A DNA stretch of 64,000 nt, taken from positions 5,952,001 through 6,016,000 of the forward strand of contig CM059453.1 in assembly GCA_030390025.1 (NCBI GenBank). The letters are read 5' to 3'. Shown piece by piece: positions 1-12,003 of this stretch. Position numbers and translations under genes: made by a program. The stretch is from Squalus acanthias. Lineage: Eukaryota. Position 1 is the first letter of the stretch. Every line of letters starts with the position of its first letter. Under the pieces are notes generated by a model. That model did not search any database. It was not told the DNA's origin and saw only the letters and a program-made list of their open reading frames with translations.

Positions 1-165
1 TATTTTGATACAACAAATGTGGCACAGTTTAGTGCGTCATACAAGAGCGAAGGAGAGGAATGGAGAGCATGCCTCCCGCTGGTGCAAGACCACCACAGAT
101 AAACTTTCAGCAGGGGCGAGGAGAAAGCTGTGTCATTGAAAAAAAAATAACTGTTTTTTTTACAG

Positions 166-435
166 TTCCAGTATCCCTTCCCAACATCGCAATCTACCAG
201 GATAATTCGAGCACCCACCACCGTTTGATTTTGACTTGCGGCATTGATGAAGGAAGCGTGCCTCAGTTTTCCTGGCAGAAGGACAAGCAACAGCTGACAG
301 GCAGCCTGAGGTATATTTTAACGAACGACAACCGCACCCTATCGATTCGCAATTTTACCAATTCGGACTGTGGGAGCTACACCTGCACAGTTCGAAACGG
401 CTTCAGCAAGAAAGAAACTACACGGACACTGTTGG
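166..435 (+). CDS. Ig C2-set exon of a type I membrane receptor (CEACAM/CD2/SLAM/HepaCAM-like); upstream exons lie outside the window
   Basis: Acceptor tttttacag| and donor G|gtgagt, phase 1-1. Translates VPVSLPNI..LILTC..FSWQKD..DNRTLSIRNFTNSDCGSYTCTVRN, with the Ig B-strand Cys, C-strand Trp and DxGxYxC motif. Confidence 0.85.
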
Positions 436-519
436 GTGAGTATTGTATCTGACATCAAAAACACATGTTCATTATTTAACGTGCAGCACTCCAAGGGATG
501 CGGTAGCATTGTGGTTATA

Positions 520-627
520 GAAACATAGAAAAATAGGAGCAGGAGTAGGCCATTCGGCCCTTCGAGCCTTCTCTGCCATTCAATATGATCAAGGCTGATC
601 CTCTATCTCATACCATATTTCTCCCCA
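520..627 (-). mobile_element. CR1 LINE 3' tail fragment
   Basis: Reverse complement is the CR1 3' UTR (ggctcgaagggccgaatggcctactcctgctcc) plus a ctatgttt microsatellite tail. Confidence 0.8.
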
Positions 628-3600
628 AATGTGGGGTGGCGTTGTTAGTGAAGGATGAAATCAGAGCAATAGTGAGAAAGGATATTGGCTCAGAAAATGC
701 AGATGTAGAATCAGTCTGGGTGGAGCTAAGAAGCTCTAAGGGGTAGAAAGCATTAGTGGGAGTTGTCTATAGGCCTCCAAACCGTAGCGGTAATGTAGCG
801 ATGGCATTAAACAGAAAATTAGAGATGCATGTAACAAGGGTACTACAGTAATCATTGGTGACTTTAATCTACATATAGACTGGCCAAGCCAAATCAGCAA
901 AAATACTGCGGAGGATGAATTTCTGGAGTGTGTACGAGATGTGTGAGGTAATGAATTTGGGGAGGGCTAACAATGAAAGGGTATACACAGTAAATGGTAG
1001 GACACTGAGCAGTGTAGAGGAACAAAGGAACCTTGGAGTGCATTTCCACAGATCCCTGAAGGGAGCAGGCCAAGTAGATAAGGTGGTTAAGAATGCATAC
1101 GGAATGCTTGCCTTTATTAGCCATGGCATAGAATACAAGAGCAGGGGGTTTACGCTTCAACTGTATAAAACACTAGTTAGGCCTCAGCCAGACTACTGCG
1201 TGCAGTTCTGGTCACCACATTACAGGAAAGATGTGATTACACAAGAAAGGGTACAGAGGAGTTTGACAAGGATGTTGCCGGAAGTAGATAATCTTAGCTA
1301 TGAGGAAAGATTGGATAGCCTGGGTCCCTTTTCCTTGGAACAGAGCAGGCTGAGGGGAGACCTTAATGAGTTGTATAAAATTATGAGGGGCATAGATAAA
1401 GTGGATAGAAAGGACCTATTTCCCTTAGCAGATAGGTCAAAAACCAGGGGGCACAGATTTAAAAAGTAATTGTTGGAAGGTTTAGAGGGGATTTGAGGGG
1501 AAATTTCTTCACCCAGAGGATTGTGGAGGTCTGGAATTCACTGCCTGAAAGGTGGTAGAGGCAGGAACCCTATCCACATTTAAAAAGTACTTCGATTTGC
1601 ACTTGGGATGCTCTAACCTGCAGGGCTACGGACCAAGAGCTGGGAAGTGGGATTAGGCTGGATAGCTCTGTGTTGGCCAGCGTGGTCCTGATGGGCTGAA
1701 ATGGCCTCCTTCCGTGCTGTAACTTTCTATGATTCTATGTTTTTTTAGACCAGTATGTTGAGGAGCCAACTAGGGAACAGGCTATCCTAGACTCGGTATT
1801 ATGCAATGAGAAGGGGTAAATTCATAATCTTTTTGTGCAGGGTAATTTAGGGAAGAGTGACCATAACATGATAGAATTCTTCATTAAGATGGAAAGTGAA
1901 AAAGTCAAATCCGAAACTAGGGTCCTAAATCTAAACAAATTAAACTACGAGGGTTTGAGGAGTGAATTGGCTATGCTAGATTGGGGAGATTCATAGAAAA
2001 GCGTGATGTTGGATAGGCAATGGCTAACATTTAAGGAACGAATGCATGAAATGCAACAGTTATACATTCCTTTCTGGCACAAAAACATAAAAGGAAAAGT
2101 GGCCCGTCCATGGCTAATAAAATAAATTAAGCATTGTATTAGATCCAAAGATGAGTCATATAAAGTTGCCAGAAAAAGTAGCAAGCCTGAGGATTGGAAG
2201 CAATTTAGAGTTCTGCAAAAAAGGACCAAAAGATTGATTAAGAGGGAAAAAATAGAGTACTAGAGTAAACTTGCAAGGAACATAAAAGCGGACCTGTAAA
2301 AGCTTCTACAAGTATGTAAAAAGAAAAAGATTAGTGAAGACAAATGTATGTCCCTTAATGTCAGAAACGGGAGAATTTATAATGGGGAACAAGGAAATGT
2401 ATGAGCAATTGAACAAATAATTTGTTTCTGTCTTCATGGAAGAGGACACGGATAACTTCCTAGAAATGCTAGTGAACCAAGGGTCTAGTGAGGAGGAGGA
2501 ATTAAAGGAAATTAGTATTCGTAAAAAAATAATGCTGGAGAAATTCATGGGAATAAAAGCTGATCAATCCACAGGGCCTGATAATCTGCATCCCAGAGTA
2601 CTAAAAGAGGTAGCCATGGAATACTGGATGCATTGGTTGTCATCTTCAAAAATTCTATAGATTATGGAACAGTTCCAGCAGATTGGAGGGTGGCAAATGT
2701 AACCCCACTATTCAAAAAAAGAGGGAGGGAGAAAACAGGACACCTGGAAAATATCAACGTGATTAGACAAAGTCAAAATGGATTTATGAAAGGGAATCGT
2801 GTTTGACAAACCTACTGGAGATTTTTGAAGATGTAACTCTTAGAATAGATAAGGGAGAACTAGTGGATGTGGTGTATTTTTATTTTCAGAAGGCCTTTGA
2901 TAAAGTTTCAATAATAGGTAAGTGTGCAAAATTAAAGCACATGGGATTGAGGGTAATATACTGGCATGGATTGAAAATTGGTTAACAGACAGGAAACAGA
3001 GAGTAGGAAAAAATGTGTCCTTTTCGGGGTGGCAGGCGGTGATGAGTGGGGTCCCGCAGGGATAAGTGGTTGTGCCCCAGCTTTTCAAAATCTATATCAA
3101 TGATTTGGATGAGGGAACAAAATGTAATATATCCACGTTGGCTGACGACACGAAACTAGGTCGGATTGTAAGCAGTGAGGAGGATACAAAGAGGCTTCAA
3201 GGCGATTTAGACAATTTGAGTGAATGGGCAAATACTTTGCAGATGCAGAATAACGTGGATAAATGTGAAGTTTTTCACTTAGGAAGGTAAAACAGAAAGG
3301 CAGATTATTATTTAAATATCGATAGATTGGGAAATGTTGCTGTGCAAAGGGACCTGAGTGTCCTTGTAGACCAGTCACTGAAATCAAGCATGCAGGTTCA
3401 GCAAGCAGTTAGGAAGACAAATGGTATGTTGGCTTCAGTGTAAGAGGGTTTGTGTACAGGAGCAAGAATGTCTGACTACAGTTATACAGAGCCTTGGTGA
3501 GACCACCCTGGAGTACTGTGTGCAGTTTTGCTCTCTTTACATATGAAAGGTTATACTTGCCATAGAGGGAGTGCAGGGAGTATGGGGAGAGAGTGGGAAT

Positions 3601-3697
3601 ATGGTATTGAGACAGAGGAACAGTCATGATCATATTGAATGGCGGAGCAGGCTCGAAGGGCCTAATGGCCTATTCCTGCTCCTATGTTTCTATGTTC
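628..3697 (+). mobile_element. Decayed CR1 LINE (APE/RT ORF2 remnants to 3' tail), interrupted by a nested CR1
   Basis: RT fragments (LTNLLEIFEDVT, FQKAFDKV, IYINDLDEG..ADDTKL) with stops and frameshifts; ends in ctatgtttctatg. Confidence 0.85.
940..1739 (+). mobile_element. Nested 5'-truncated CR1 of a different subfamily
   Basis: ORF 915-1469 is a CR1 ORF2 C-terminus (LYKTLVRP..YCVQFWSPHYRKD). It has its own tail ctatgattctatg, and the host CR1 resumes afterwards. Confidence 0.8.
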
Positions 3698-4610
3698 CCA
3701 TACCCTTTGATGCCTTTTGTACCGAGAAATCTATCTATCTCCTTCTTACATATATTTAGTGACTTGTCCTCCTCAGCCTTCTGTGATAGAGAATTCCACG
3801 TCTTCTCCAGCCTCTGAGTGAAGAAATGTCTCCTCATCTCAGTCCAAAATGTCGTACCCCGTATCCTGAGACTGTGACCCCTCGTTTTCGACCCCCCAGC
3901 CAGGGGAAACATCCTCCCTGCATTCAAACTGTCTAGCCCTGTCAGAATTTTATACCTTTCGATCAGATCCCCTCTCATTCGTCTAAACTCTAATGAATAC
4001 AGGCTAGTCGACCCAATCTCTCCTCCTACGACTGTGCTGCCATCCCAGGAATCAGTCTGGTGAACCTTCGCTGCACTCCCTCTATGGCAAGTGTATCCTT
4101 TCTTAGTTAAGGAGACCAAAACTGCACTGAGTACTCCAGGTTTGGCCTCACCAAGGCCCTATATAACTATAGTAAGACATCCTTGCTCCTGTACTGAAAT
4201 CCTCTTGCAATGAAGGCCAACATATCAATTGCCTTTCAGACTTCTTGCTGCATCTGCATGTTTACTTTCAGTGCGTGGTGTACAAGTACACCCAGGTCCC
4301 TTTGTACATCAACATTTCGCACTCTATCACCATTTAAATAATACACTGCCTTTCTGTTTTTTCTACCGAATTGGATAACTTCACATTTATCCACGCTATA
4401 GTGCATCTACCATGTATTTGTCCACTCACTCAACTTGTCCACATCGCCTTGAAGCATCCTTGTATCCTCCTCACAACGCAAAATCCCACCTAGTTTCGTG
4501 TCGTCAGCAAAGCTTGGAAAAAATACATTTGGTTCCCTCATCCAAATCATTGATATATATTGTGAATAGCTGGGGCCCAAGCACAGGTTCCTACGGTGCC
4601 CCACTAGTCA
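3698..4610 (-). mobile_element. 5'-truncated CR1 whose 5' end abuts the ERV gag
   Basis: Minus-strand RT fragments (FADDTKLGG; SLEFRRMRGDLIE). Confidence 0.85.
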
Positions 4611-5178
4611 GATAGATTCACTTTATCTTCACCTCGGGGCGCAACTTGTGGTTGCTGGGGTTGATTTACTGGATCAGTAATCATTGCACCTCCAGCATTT
4701 AAATAAGAGTGAGCTTGTGCCTGCCGGCAATGATTATAATGGATTCTAAGCTGTCTATAGATTTCTCGAAGATTGTTGTCATTTATTTCATCATGAGCTT
4801 GCCACCTTAACCGGAATCCATGGCCCCCAGGAGCATAGGCTGTTCCGGGTCCTGCTATTCGGCCATGGTTGCCACCACCTTGTTGTGCACCGTTCATTAG
4901 GCCTCCCAACTGTGCACGTGTGCACCTTATCATTAAGGCATTTATTGGATTTGGAGTATTTGTTTGATTATCCCACAGGATATTCTGTATCCCCTGGTTC
5001 TGGGTATCAACATCAATCGTGCCATGAGTTCTAACGGCTCCTTCGGCATCAAAGCCTTCTATTTCAAAAATTATCACTTGGTTTTGTGGAGGTACAGGGA
5101 TAGGATTACTCCCCTAATAAAGCAATCGTTTGAATTTCCTAATAAAAAGACTTGGCCAATTCCGACAGGGCTTGCCAT
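4604..5178 (-). pseudogene. gag: Gag N-terminal region, spumavirus Gag-NTD-like; frameshifted near the start and truncated by CR1
   Basis: The ATG at 5178 (MASPVGIG) is out of frame with the 157-aa ORF 4604-5077. NPIPVPPQNQVIIFEIEG, NPINALMIRCTRAQL and HGRIAGPGTAYAPG resemble foamy Gag NTD segments by eye. Confidence 0.55.
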
Positions 5179-5414
5179 TTCGTCAGGACCTAACCTCGGT
5201 TAGGGTTTAATATGAACTTTATAAGAAATTTCTAGACCTCAATGGTATATTGAGGGAGTTCTGATTTAAGTTCTGCAAGGCCTGATCAGGGTTGTTTCGT
5301 CTCTAGAGACTTAAATCTGGGTCTTAGTAAAACACTCATTCTATACTTAACAATCAACAACATGGATATAGATATAAATATAAGTATCGGTTCTGTATCA
5401 ACTCTTTAACACAG

Positions 5415-5427
5415 ACGTTGGGCGCCA
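5415..5427 (-). promoter_or_regulatory. Primer-binding site, tRNA-Lys1,2 type
   Basis: TGGCGCCCAACGT matches 13 of 18 nt of the Lys1,2 PBS and lies 2 nt downstream of the LTR-terminal CA. Confidence 0.85.
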
Positions 5428-5429
5428 AC

Positions 5430-6877
5430 TGAAGGGATAATTACTAGTCCTAGCCCTTTTCGGGCTACCCCGGATCAGGCATATTCCCCAGACTTCCACC
5501 TTCAACTAAAGTTAGAGAATGCCGAATTCGATAAGATGCTTAATTGGATCTACAGGTCCAGGCTATCTCTCTCTGAAGGAAAGGAATGGCTTGAAGATTT
5601 TACCATCCTGCAGATAGCAGTTTTAATAAGTTTAACTAGACTGTAATCTTCTGTATATTATGAGGGTCCGGAAAACCCACTCAGAACTCTGCAACTCCTC
5701 ACCAAAAAGTGTACAGAGATTGAGTTCGCGAGTTTCATACAGAAATACTATGTGAGACAATTCTAAGAAAATATAGATTTATTAATGAACCGACATGTAG
5801 TTAACAGTTGGTGTTCCAGTCGCAACATTGACAGTTCAAAAACAGCTAGCTTACAATTTTTTTCTCAAATCTTAACTTCGTTACATTTTTACATTTCTAC
5901 TTATTTCTAATCCAGAATATCCACCAACATCAAATAAAAGCACCTTTTGATCCCCGAGTCTCAAAGAGTTGAACACTTACAGAGCGTGCCTCTGAAGAGT
6001 GAAATAATCGCTTGCCCTGTTCAGCGACTTCTGACTTCCTATCTGAAAGCTCTATATTTTCTCATCTTTTTGCAGTGGTATCTCCTTTGAAGTTTTCTGC
6101 TGATGTAAACTAATAATCTCTAGTCATTCTTTCTGTTTCCATCTTTCTAATCTTAATTTCAGTTCAGCTGTTAACTTTCAGAATCCTGTCTGCTGTTTAG
6201 GTGTTCAAATTTTATCATAAAAAATGGTTATAACAGATGTATTTATTTGATGCCATTCTTAGGAAGGTCTTCCATTCAATTGTTAAACCACCTTATCTGG
6301 TTGAAAGCAGACTTAGTGTCTCCTAACTGTTCCGAGTTCAATACAAAAACCATGTGATTGCTTGGTGCATCTATTTATTGTGATATTTACAAATTCTTCT
6401 GTTTGTACCTTTTACAGTATGTAAATCAAAAAAACACTTCAGCCGAGTACTTGATTGTTTCCCTTGCCATCTCAATTGGTTTTATTCCAACTTATGTTTC
6501 CTGTCTTTCATTTGATGTTACCTTTACAAAGGCACATATTTCTTTAATATTCTGTGTTTCTGTTCGAAGTGTTAGTTTAAAACACTTTAAACTGGGTATA
6601 GCTATTGTGTTTTTCGAAAGCTCAGACTTTCTGGAAACAATTCTTTGCTTCTTCAATAAGGCATTTGTTTTAGTGGCAACAACCATTTCCCTTTTCAAAA
6701 GCTTGTATGGTGTTTACAGCTTTGTGTTAACAAACCATGTGATCTCAGAGCATGTATTCACAGCTTTGTCTCTTTGAGGCTTTTTAGATTGTTAAACCCA
6801 GTTTATCATGTTTTAATAAAGTCAGAATTCTGTTCATAGGATGGTGTATTTTTCTGAAATCTGGCTATTCCTTTACA
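5430..6877 (-). repeat. 5' LTR (~1.45 kb)
   Basis: 3' end fixed by CA plus PBS. Tentative 5' end TGTAAAGGAAT is an imperfect inverted repeat of ATCCCTTCA. Minus-strand AATAAA at 5778-5783. Confidence 0.6.
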
Positions 6878-6950
6878 TATGTCTGTGTACTAATATCAGG
6901 TTGATAATTGTTATTTGATGTAATACCAAATTTCTCTCTTTAACTTACAG

Positions 6951-7073
6951 GTGAAGACAGCTCAGAATGCGAGACCTCAAATCACCTGATTACAATAATC
7001 GCTGTGGCTATTTGTGTGGTAGGGTTGGCTTTAGTCGTTATCTTCATCACAAAATGTGTGAGGTCCCGTACAG
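6951..7073 (+). CDS. Transmembrane exon of the same Ig receptor
   Basis: ttacag|...ACA G|gtaaat, phase 1-1. Translates GEDSSECETSNHLITIIAVAICVVGLALVVIFITKCVRSRT: a hydrophobic span followed by basic stop-transfer residues, in frame with exon 166-435. Confidence 0.8.
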
Positions 7074-7191
7074 GTAAATAAAACCAAGATATTAAATTTA
7101 TCAGAGTCAATACATAAAGTGTTATAACATTTTCGTCGGTGGGAAAGTGATTGCTTCACTTTAATAATGTTTTTCTTTTCCCGCAAGATAG

Positions 7192-7221
7192 AAATACGTA
7201 ACTGGTTCACTTGGATCAGAG
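7192..7221 (+). CDS. Candidate cytoplasmic micro-exon (EIRNWFTWIR)
   Basis: Polypyrimidine tract, ag at 7190-7191, donor G|gtatgt; 30 nt, phase 1-1 and open. Confidence 0.4.
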
Positions 7222-7724
7222 GTATGTTGCATAATTGAGGCTTCATCGGGGAACTGACGGGATTGGGCGGAACGATGGTTTTAAATCCCGCCCAATATTA
7301 CTCACCAATGACTTCAGCGTTGCACCCGATTCCGTCTGTTCCCCGGTGGACGAGTTCGGTTAAAATTGTTCGCTTTAACTCACAGGAGATGATGTGCAAA
7401 ATACTGTGACCTTCATTTCAGTTATTACATTCAAGGAAACTGACATCGCAAATCATTTGAAGTTTGTTGGCGAATCTGCCCGTCGTAAATAATTGTTTTA
7501 GAAAAAAAATGCAATAGGAAACCTTTTCAACTCCAATCCCACCAAAATCGAGACGTTTACAATAAATTAGAAATCACCTTTTGCAATGAATTATTGAAGC
7601 AATGATGTCATAGTCATTCAAGTCCTCCTTTAAGCGAGGTGTTAAACTATTTGAAATCAATTACATATTGCATCTCTATTTAATATAAACCGTAGGAATT
7701 CCAGTGCCATGAGTGTTGAAGCCT

Positions 7725-8062
7725 TGATAGGGTAGACATTGATAAAATGGTTCTGTTTGTGGGGGAATCCCAAATTAGGCCTCCTTAATAAAAAATAGTC
7801 ACTAATAAATCCAATAAATAATTGAGAAGAAACGTCTTTAACCAGAGAGAGGTTAGAATAGGGAAACTGCTCCCACATGGTGTAGTTGAGGCGAATAGCA
7901 TAGGGGAAGCTAGATAAGTACATGAGGGAGACAGGAATAGAAAGTTATGTTGATGAGGTTAGATGAAATAAGGTGGGAGGAAGCTCGTGTGGAGCATAAA
8001 CACTGGCACAGACCAGTTGAGCAGACTGGCCTATTTCTGTGCTGTAAATTCTATGTAATATG
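7725..8062 (+). mobile_element. Short CR1 3' fragment
   Basis: CR1 ORF2 end and 3' UTR, with tail ttctatgtaatatgtaa. Confidence 0.65.
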
Positions 8063-8280
8063 TAATACTTTCATAGAGTAATATCAGAAGTTGCACTTTT
8101 TAGACTAATTTGACTTACCCACGTAGTCAGAACAAAACATTCGGTGCACCAATGTAACAAATCTGTTCCGAGCACCAACCATTCTTATAGCATCTCTGAG
8201 TGCTGCTGTGAATTTTACAAGAAATTGTGCAGAGAAGGAAATGTTTCTGTTATAGAGTTATCCCACTGGAAATTGGCTTA

Positions 8281-9668
8281 CATAGAAACATAGCAACATA
8301 GAAGATAGGAGCAGGAGTAGGTCATTCGGCCCCTCGAGCCTGCTCCGCCATTCGATGAGATCATGGCTGATCATCTAAACTCAGTACCCTGTACCTGCCT
8401 TCTCCGCATATCCCTTGATACCTTTAGCTTTAAGAAATATATCTAACTCATCCTTGAATATATTTAATGACTTCGCCTCAACTAGCTTCTGTGGTAGAGA
8501 ATTCCACAGGTTCACCACTCTCTGGGTGAAGAAATTCTTCCTCATTTCTGTCCTAAATGGTTTACCCTGTTATCCGTAGATTATGACCCCTGGTTCTGGA
8601 CTCTCCGATCATCGGGAACATTCTTCCTGCATCTAGTTTGTCCAGTCCTGTCAGAATTTTATATGTTTCGATGAGATCCCCTCTCATTCTTCTATACTCC
8701 AGTGAGTATAAGCCCAATCGACCCAATCTCTGCTCATATGTCATTCCTGCCATCCCAGTTATCAGCCTTGTGAATCTTCGCTGAATTCCTTCCATTGCAA
8801 GAACATCCTTCCTCAGATAAGGCGACCAAAACTGCACACAGTACTCAAGGTGTGGTCTCACCAAGGCCCTGTACAACTGCAGCAGGACATCCCTGTTCCT
8901 ATACTCAAACCCTTTCGCTATGAAGGCCAACATACCATTTGCCTTCTTCACTGCCTGCTGCACCTGCATGCATACTTTCAGCGACTGATGCACAAGGACA
9001 CCCAGGTCTCGTTGCAATTCCCCTTCTCCCAATCTATTGCCATTCAGATAATAGTCTGCCTTTCTGTTTTTGACACCAAAGTGGATAACCTCGCACTTAT
9101 CCACGTTATATTGCATCTGCCACGCTTCTGCTCACTCACCCAACCTGTCCAGATCATCCTGGAGTTTCTCGCTATCCTCCTCGCTGCACACACTCCCACC
9201 CAGCTTTGTGTCATCTGCAAACTTGGAGATATTACATTTAATTCCCTTATCTAGATCATTAATGTATATTGTGAATAGCTGGGGTCCAAGGACCGATCCC
9301 TGCGGTACCCCACTAGTCACTGCTTGCCACTCGGAAAAAGACACATTAATTCCTACACTCTGCTTTCTGTCCGCCAACCAGTTCTCTATCCAAGTCAATA
9401 CTTTGCCCTCAATCCCATGTGCCTTAACTTTACCCGCTAAACTCTTATGCGGGACCCTGTCGAAAGCCTTTTGAAAGTCCAAATACACCACATCTACTGG
9501 TTCTCCCTTATCTATTTTCCCAGTCACATCCTCAAAAAATTCCAGTAGATTAGTCAAGCACGATTTACCTTTTGTAAATCCATGTTGCCTTTGTCCGATC
9601 CTGTCACTGTTTTTCAAATGCTCAGCTATTACATCCTTTATAATGGACTCTAGCATTTTCCCCACTTA
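8281..9668 (-). mobile_element. Relatively young 5'-truncated CR1
   Basis: ORFs 9132-9665 and 8562-9116 form one RT frame broken by a single W->stop ([25 protein letters not shown]); complete 3' tail. Confidence 0.9.
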
Positions 9669-10196
9669 CTATAGATATATAAGTAGATGAAACGATAGAT
9701 AAGTGAATACTAAGTGGTGATATTCCTTATGTATTCAAGATCCATAAATGCGTCGATAAAATCAATTTATGAGAAACTTCTTAACATGACTCCAAGAAGG
9801 ACAACCACAGGGCATGGGGTGAATGTCAGAAGAGGGACGATTATTAGAGATCCGATATAACTGCCACTCATACAGGATGGTAAAAGTTTGGAATGGGCTG
9901 CCCAGCTGATAGCATCAGCAATTTTTCAAAGCTGCTGGACACGTGCTTGCGAGAAACTGAATTGAGAGATATGAGCAGCGGAATGTGTATTGTGTTCTTT
10001 TAAATTCGGAGATCAGTTAGATTTCCAAAAATAATTTGATTCTGTCACAATCATTGCTCGGACAGATAGATAGACATATTCTACACTCAAATAAATTAAT
10101 GGCAAAATTGAAATTGTTGATACTAATTCAATGTTCTATAAATCCTTGGAAAATAAAAAAATAGTAAGCAATCGATTAACTTTCATTCAATTACAG

Positions 10197-10232
10197 ATAT
10201 TCGCAGCTCAATTTCTGCCCCATTATGTGAAC
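10197..10232 (+). CDS. Candidate cytoplasmic micro-exon (DIRSSISAPLCE)
   Basis: ttacag| ... C|gtaatt; 36 nt, phase 1-1 and open. Confidence 0.45.
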
Positions 10233-10321
10233 GTAATTGGAGATTTAGTTGTTATTTTAGTGATTGGATTTTTCTGTCAAGATGTGTTAGCGTGTTTAAC
10301 AGTGCCTTTCATCGCCATTAG

Positions 10322-10357
10322 ATCAAATCCAGAGGAGCATGGACAGAAACAGCAGAG
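10322..10357 (+). CDS. Candidate cytoplasmic micro-exon (HQIQRSMDRNSR)
   Basis: cattag| ... G|gtgaga; 36 nt, phase 1-1 and open. Confidence 0.5.
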
Positions 10358-10568
10358 GTGAGAATCAGTCATTGAATGACAAATCCATGAAATTGAGACT
10401 GGAAATGTTACTGTTATTACCTTGGATTTGAATCTAAAATTGAGTCAAACTGCGTCCAACTTTTAATCTTAGAAGACATCGCGAGACCAATTCAGGATCC
10501 ACCAAAACACAAACTGGATATGTAAATTAGAATCCAATTCAGCAGTAATGTTTGCATAATGAGATAAA

Positions 10569-10893
10569 NNNNNNNNNNNNNNNNNNNNNNNNNNNNNNNN
10601 NNNNNNNNNNNNNNNNNNNNNNNNNNNNNNNNNNNNNNNNNNNNNNNNNNNNNNNNNNNNNNNNNNNNNNNNNNNNNNNNNNNNNNNNNNNNNNNNNNNN
10701 NNNNNNNNNNNNNNNNNNNNNNNNNNNNNNNNNNNNNNNNNNNNNNNNNNNNNNNNNNNNNNNNNNNNNNNNNNNNNNNNNNNNNNNNNNNNNNNNNNNN
10801 NNNNNNNNNNNNNNNNNNNNNNNNNNNNNNNNNNNNNNNNNNNNNNNNNNNNNNNNNNNNNNNNNNNNNNNNNNNNNNNNNNNNNNNNNNNNN
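10569..10893. other. Assembly gap (N run)
   Basis: Continuous Ns; may hide cytoplasmic exon(s) of gene 1. Confidence 1.
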
Positions 10894-11932
10894 CTGTACC
10901 GTTGTTTCTCTTGAAATGGACAGAACGGCCGTGAACAACGACGGAAAATAAATAAGGTAACATTATGAAAAGCAAAATGAACCCGAAAAAGCTAGACAAC
11001 CGAAAAAGATTGAGAGAGCTACAAGCAGAGCAAGGGAGCAAGAGACAGTATGAAGCACAAAAATCAATTACTTTAAAATGTTCTTTAATCTGCTTTTACC
11101 TCTGATTTTCGATTAATCTGCCCATGTATGATACAGTGCAGTTACCAAACTTGCCTCTATTGTTCCTGTTTCTTCTTCCCAAAGAGTTTAGCAGAACATG
11201 TATCATTTATAAGAAGGGAAAACTTCAATAGTATGTCTCAATATTTACTTTCATAAGTTTACCCTCTTCATGGAGCATGTCATTGCGCATGTAGCCCTTA
11301 AACTTTGAACTACTTTGTGATTTATTTCTCTACTCTATACCATTGTATACATTTCAAACATTGTACATGATAATTAACTATCTTTGTAGATAACGAAGTT
11401 ATATTCTCCCTCTGCTCGCACCCTATCATGTCATGCGTAGGATTCAGCAGGCATGTCGTATTGTACATAATTTGTTTTACCAAGATTGCAAAACTATGCA
11501 ACATCCTTCCTCCATCTATAGATTATTTACACCTCTCCTAATACGACAGCTCTTAAATAGTTTTGAAATCGGACTTTGAATTCAGATAACATCTGCACCT
11601 TGCTTTATCTCATTCTCTCTCCTATTCTTTTGAACCTTGAAACTGCTCAGCATCTTAGCCTCTAATTCATTAGATAGATAGATTAATTGTTTTATTTTCT
11701 CCGTGTCTGAAAAACTGCAACATTCCAAGAGTAAAAATATAACTGTTAAAGTTGGTTTCCTGTAAATGTTTCTTCCGTAATAGCGACCATACCTGTAAAA
11801 TTGCTTGTTTGGTGATGTCCATTCACTTGCCAAAGAATTGAGCATATCCTGGCTGCTGCGTTTAACACATATGTAGTTTGCAGCTAGTATAAACCAATGT
11901 TACAGCCTGTAGCTGTGGAAAACATAAGGTTC

Positions 11933-12003
11933 GCTCTCTCTCTGTCTATCTCTCTTTCTCTCTCTCACTCCATCTCTCTCTCTCGCACTTTGTCTCTCTC
12001 TCT
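11933..12003 (+). repeat. Imperfect (CT)n microsatellite
   Basis: ctctctctctgtctatctctc... Confidence 0.8.

Larger units (their letters stand above)
4611..6877 (-). mobile_element. Truncated endogenous retrovirus, foamy (spuma)-like: 5' LTR, PBS, leader and gag N-terminus
   Basis: Minus strand reads ...CCCTTCA-GT-TGGCGCCCAACGT (tRNA-Lys1,2 PBS). Also a ~1.45 kb TG...CA LTR, leader palindromes and a Gag-like ORF. Confidence 0.75.

Noticed and set aside
6358-6777. 139-aa hydrophobic + strand ORF
   Set aside because: T-rich antisense strand of the LTR, non-ATG start, no recognisable motif.
10469-11041. Long ORFs containing X runs
   Set aside because: Artefacts of the N gap.
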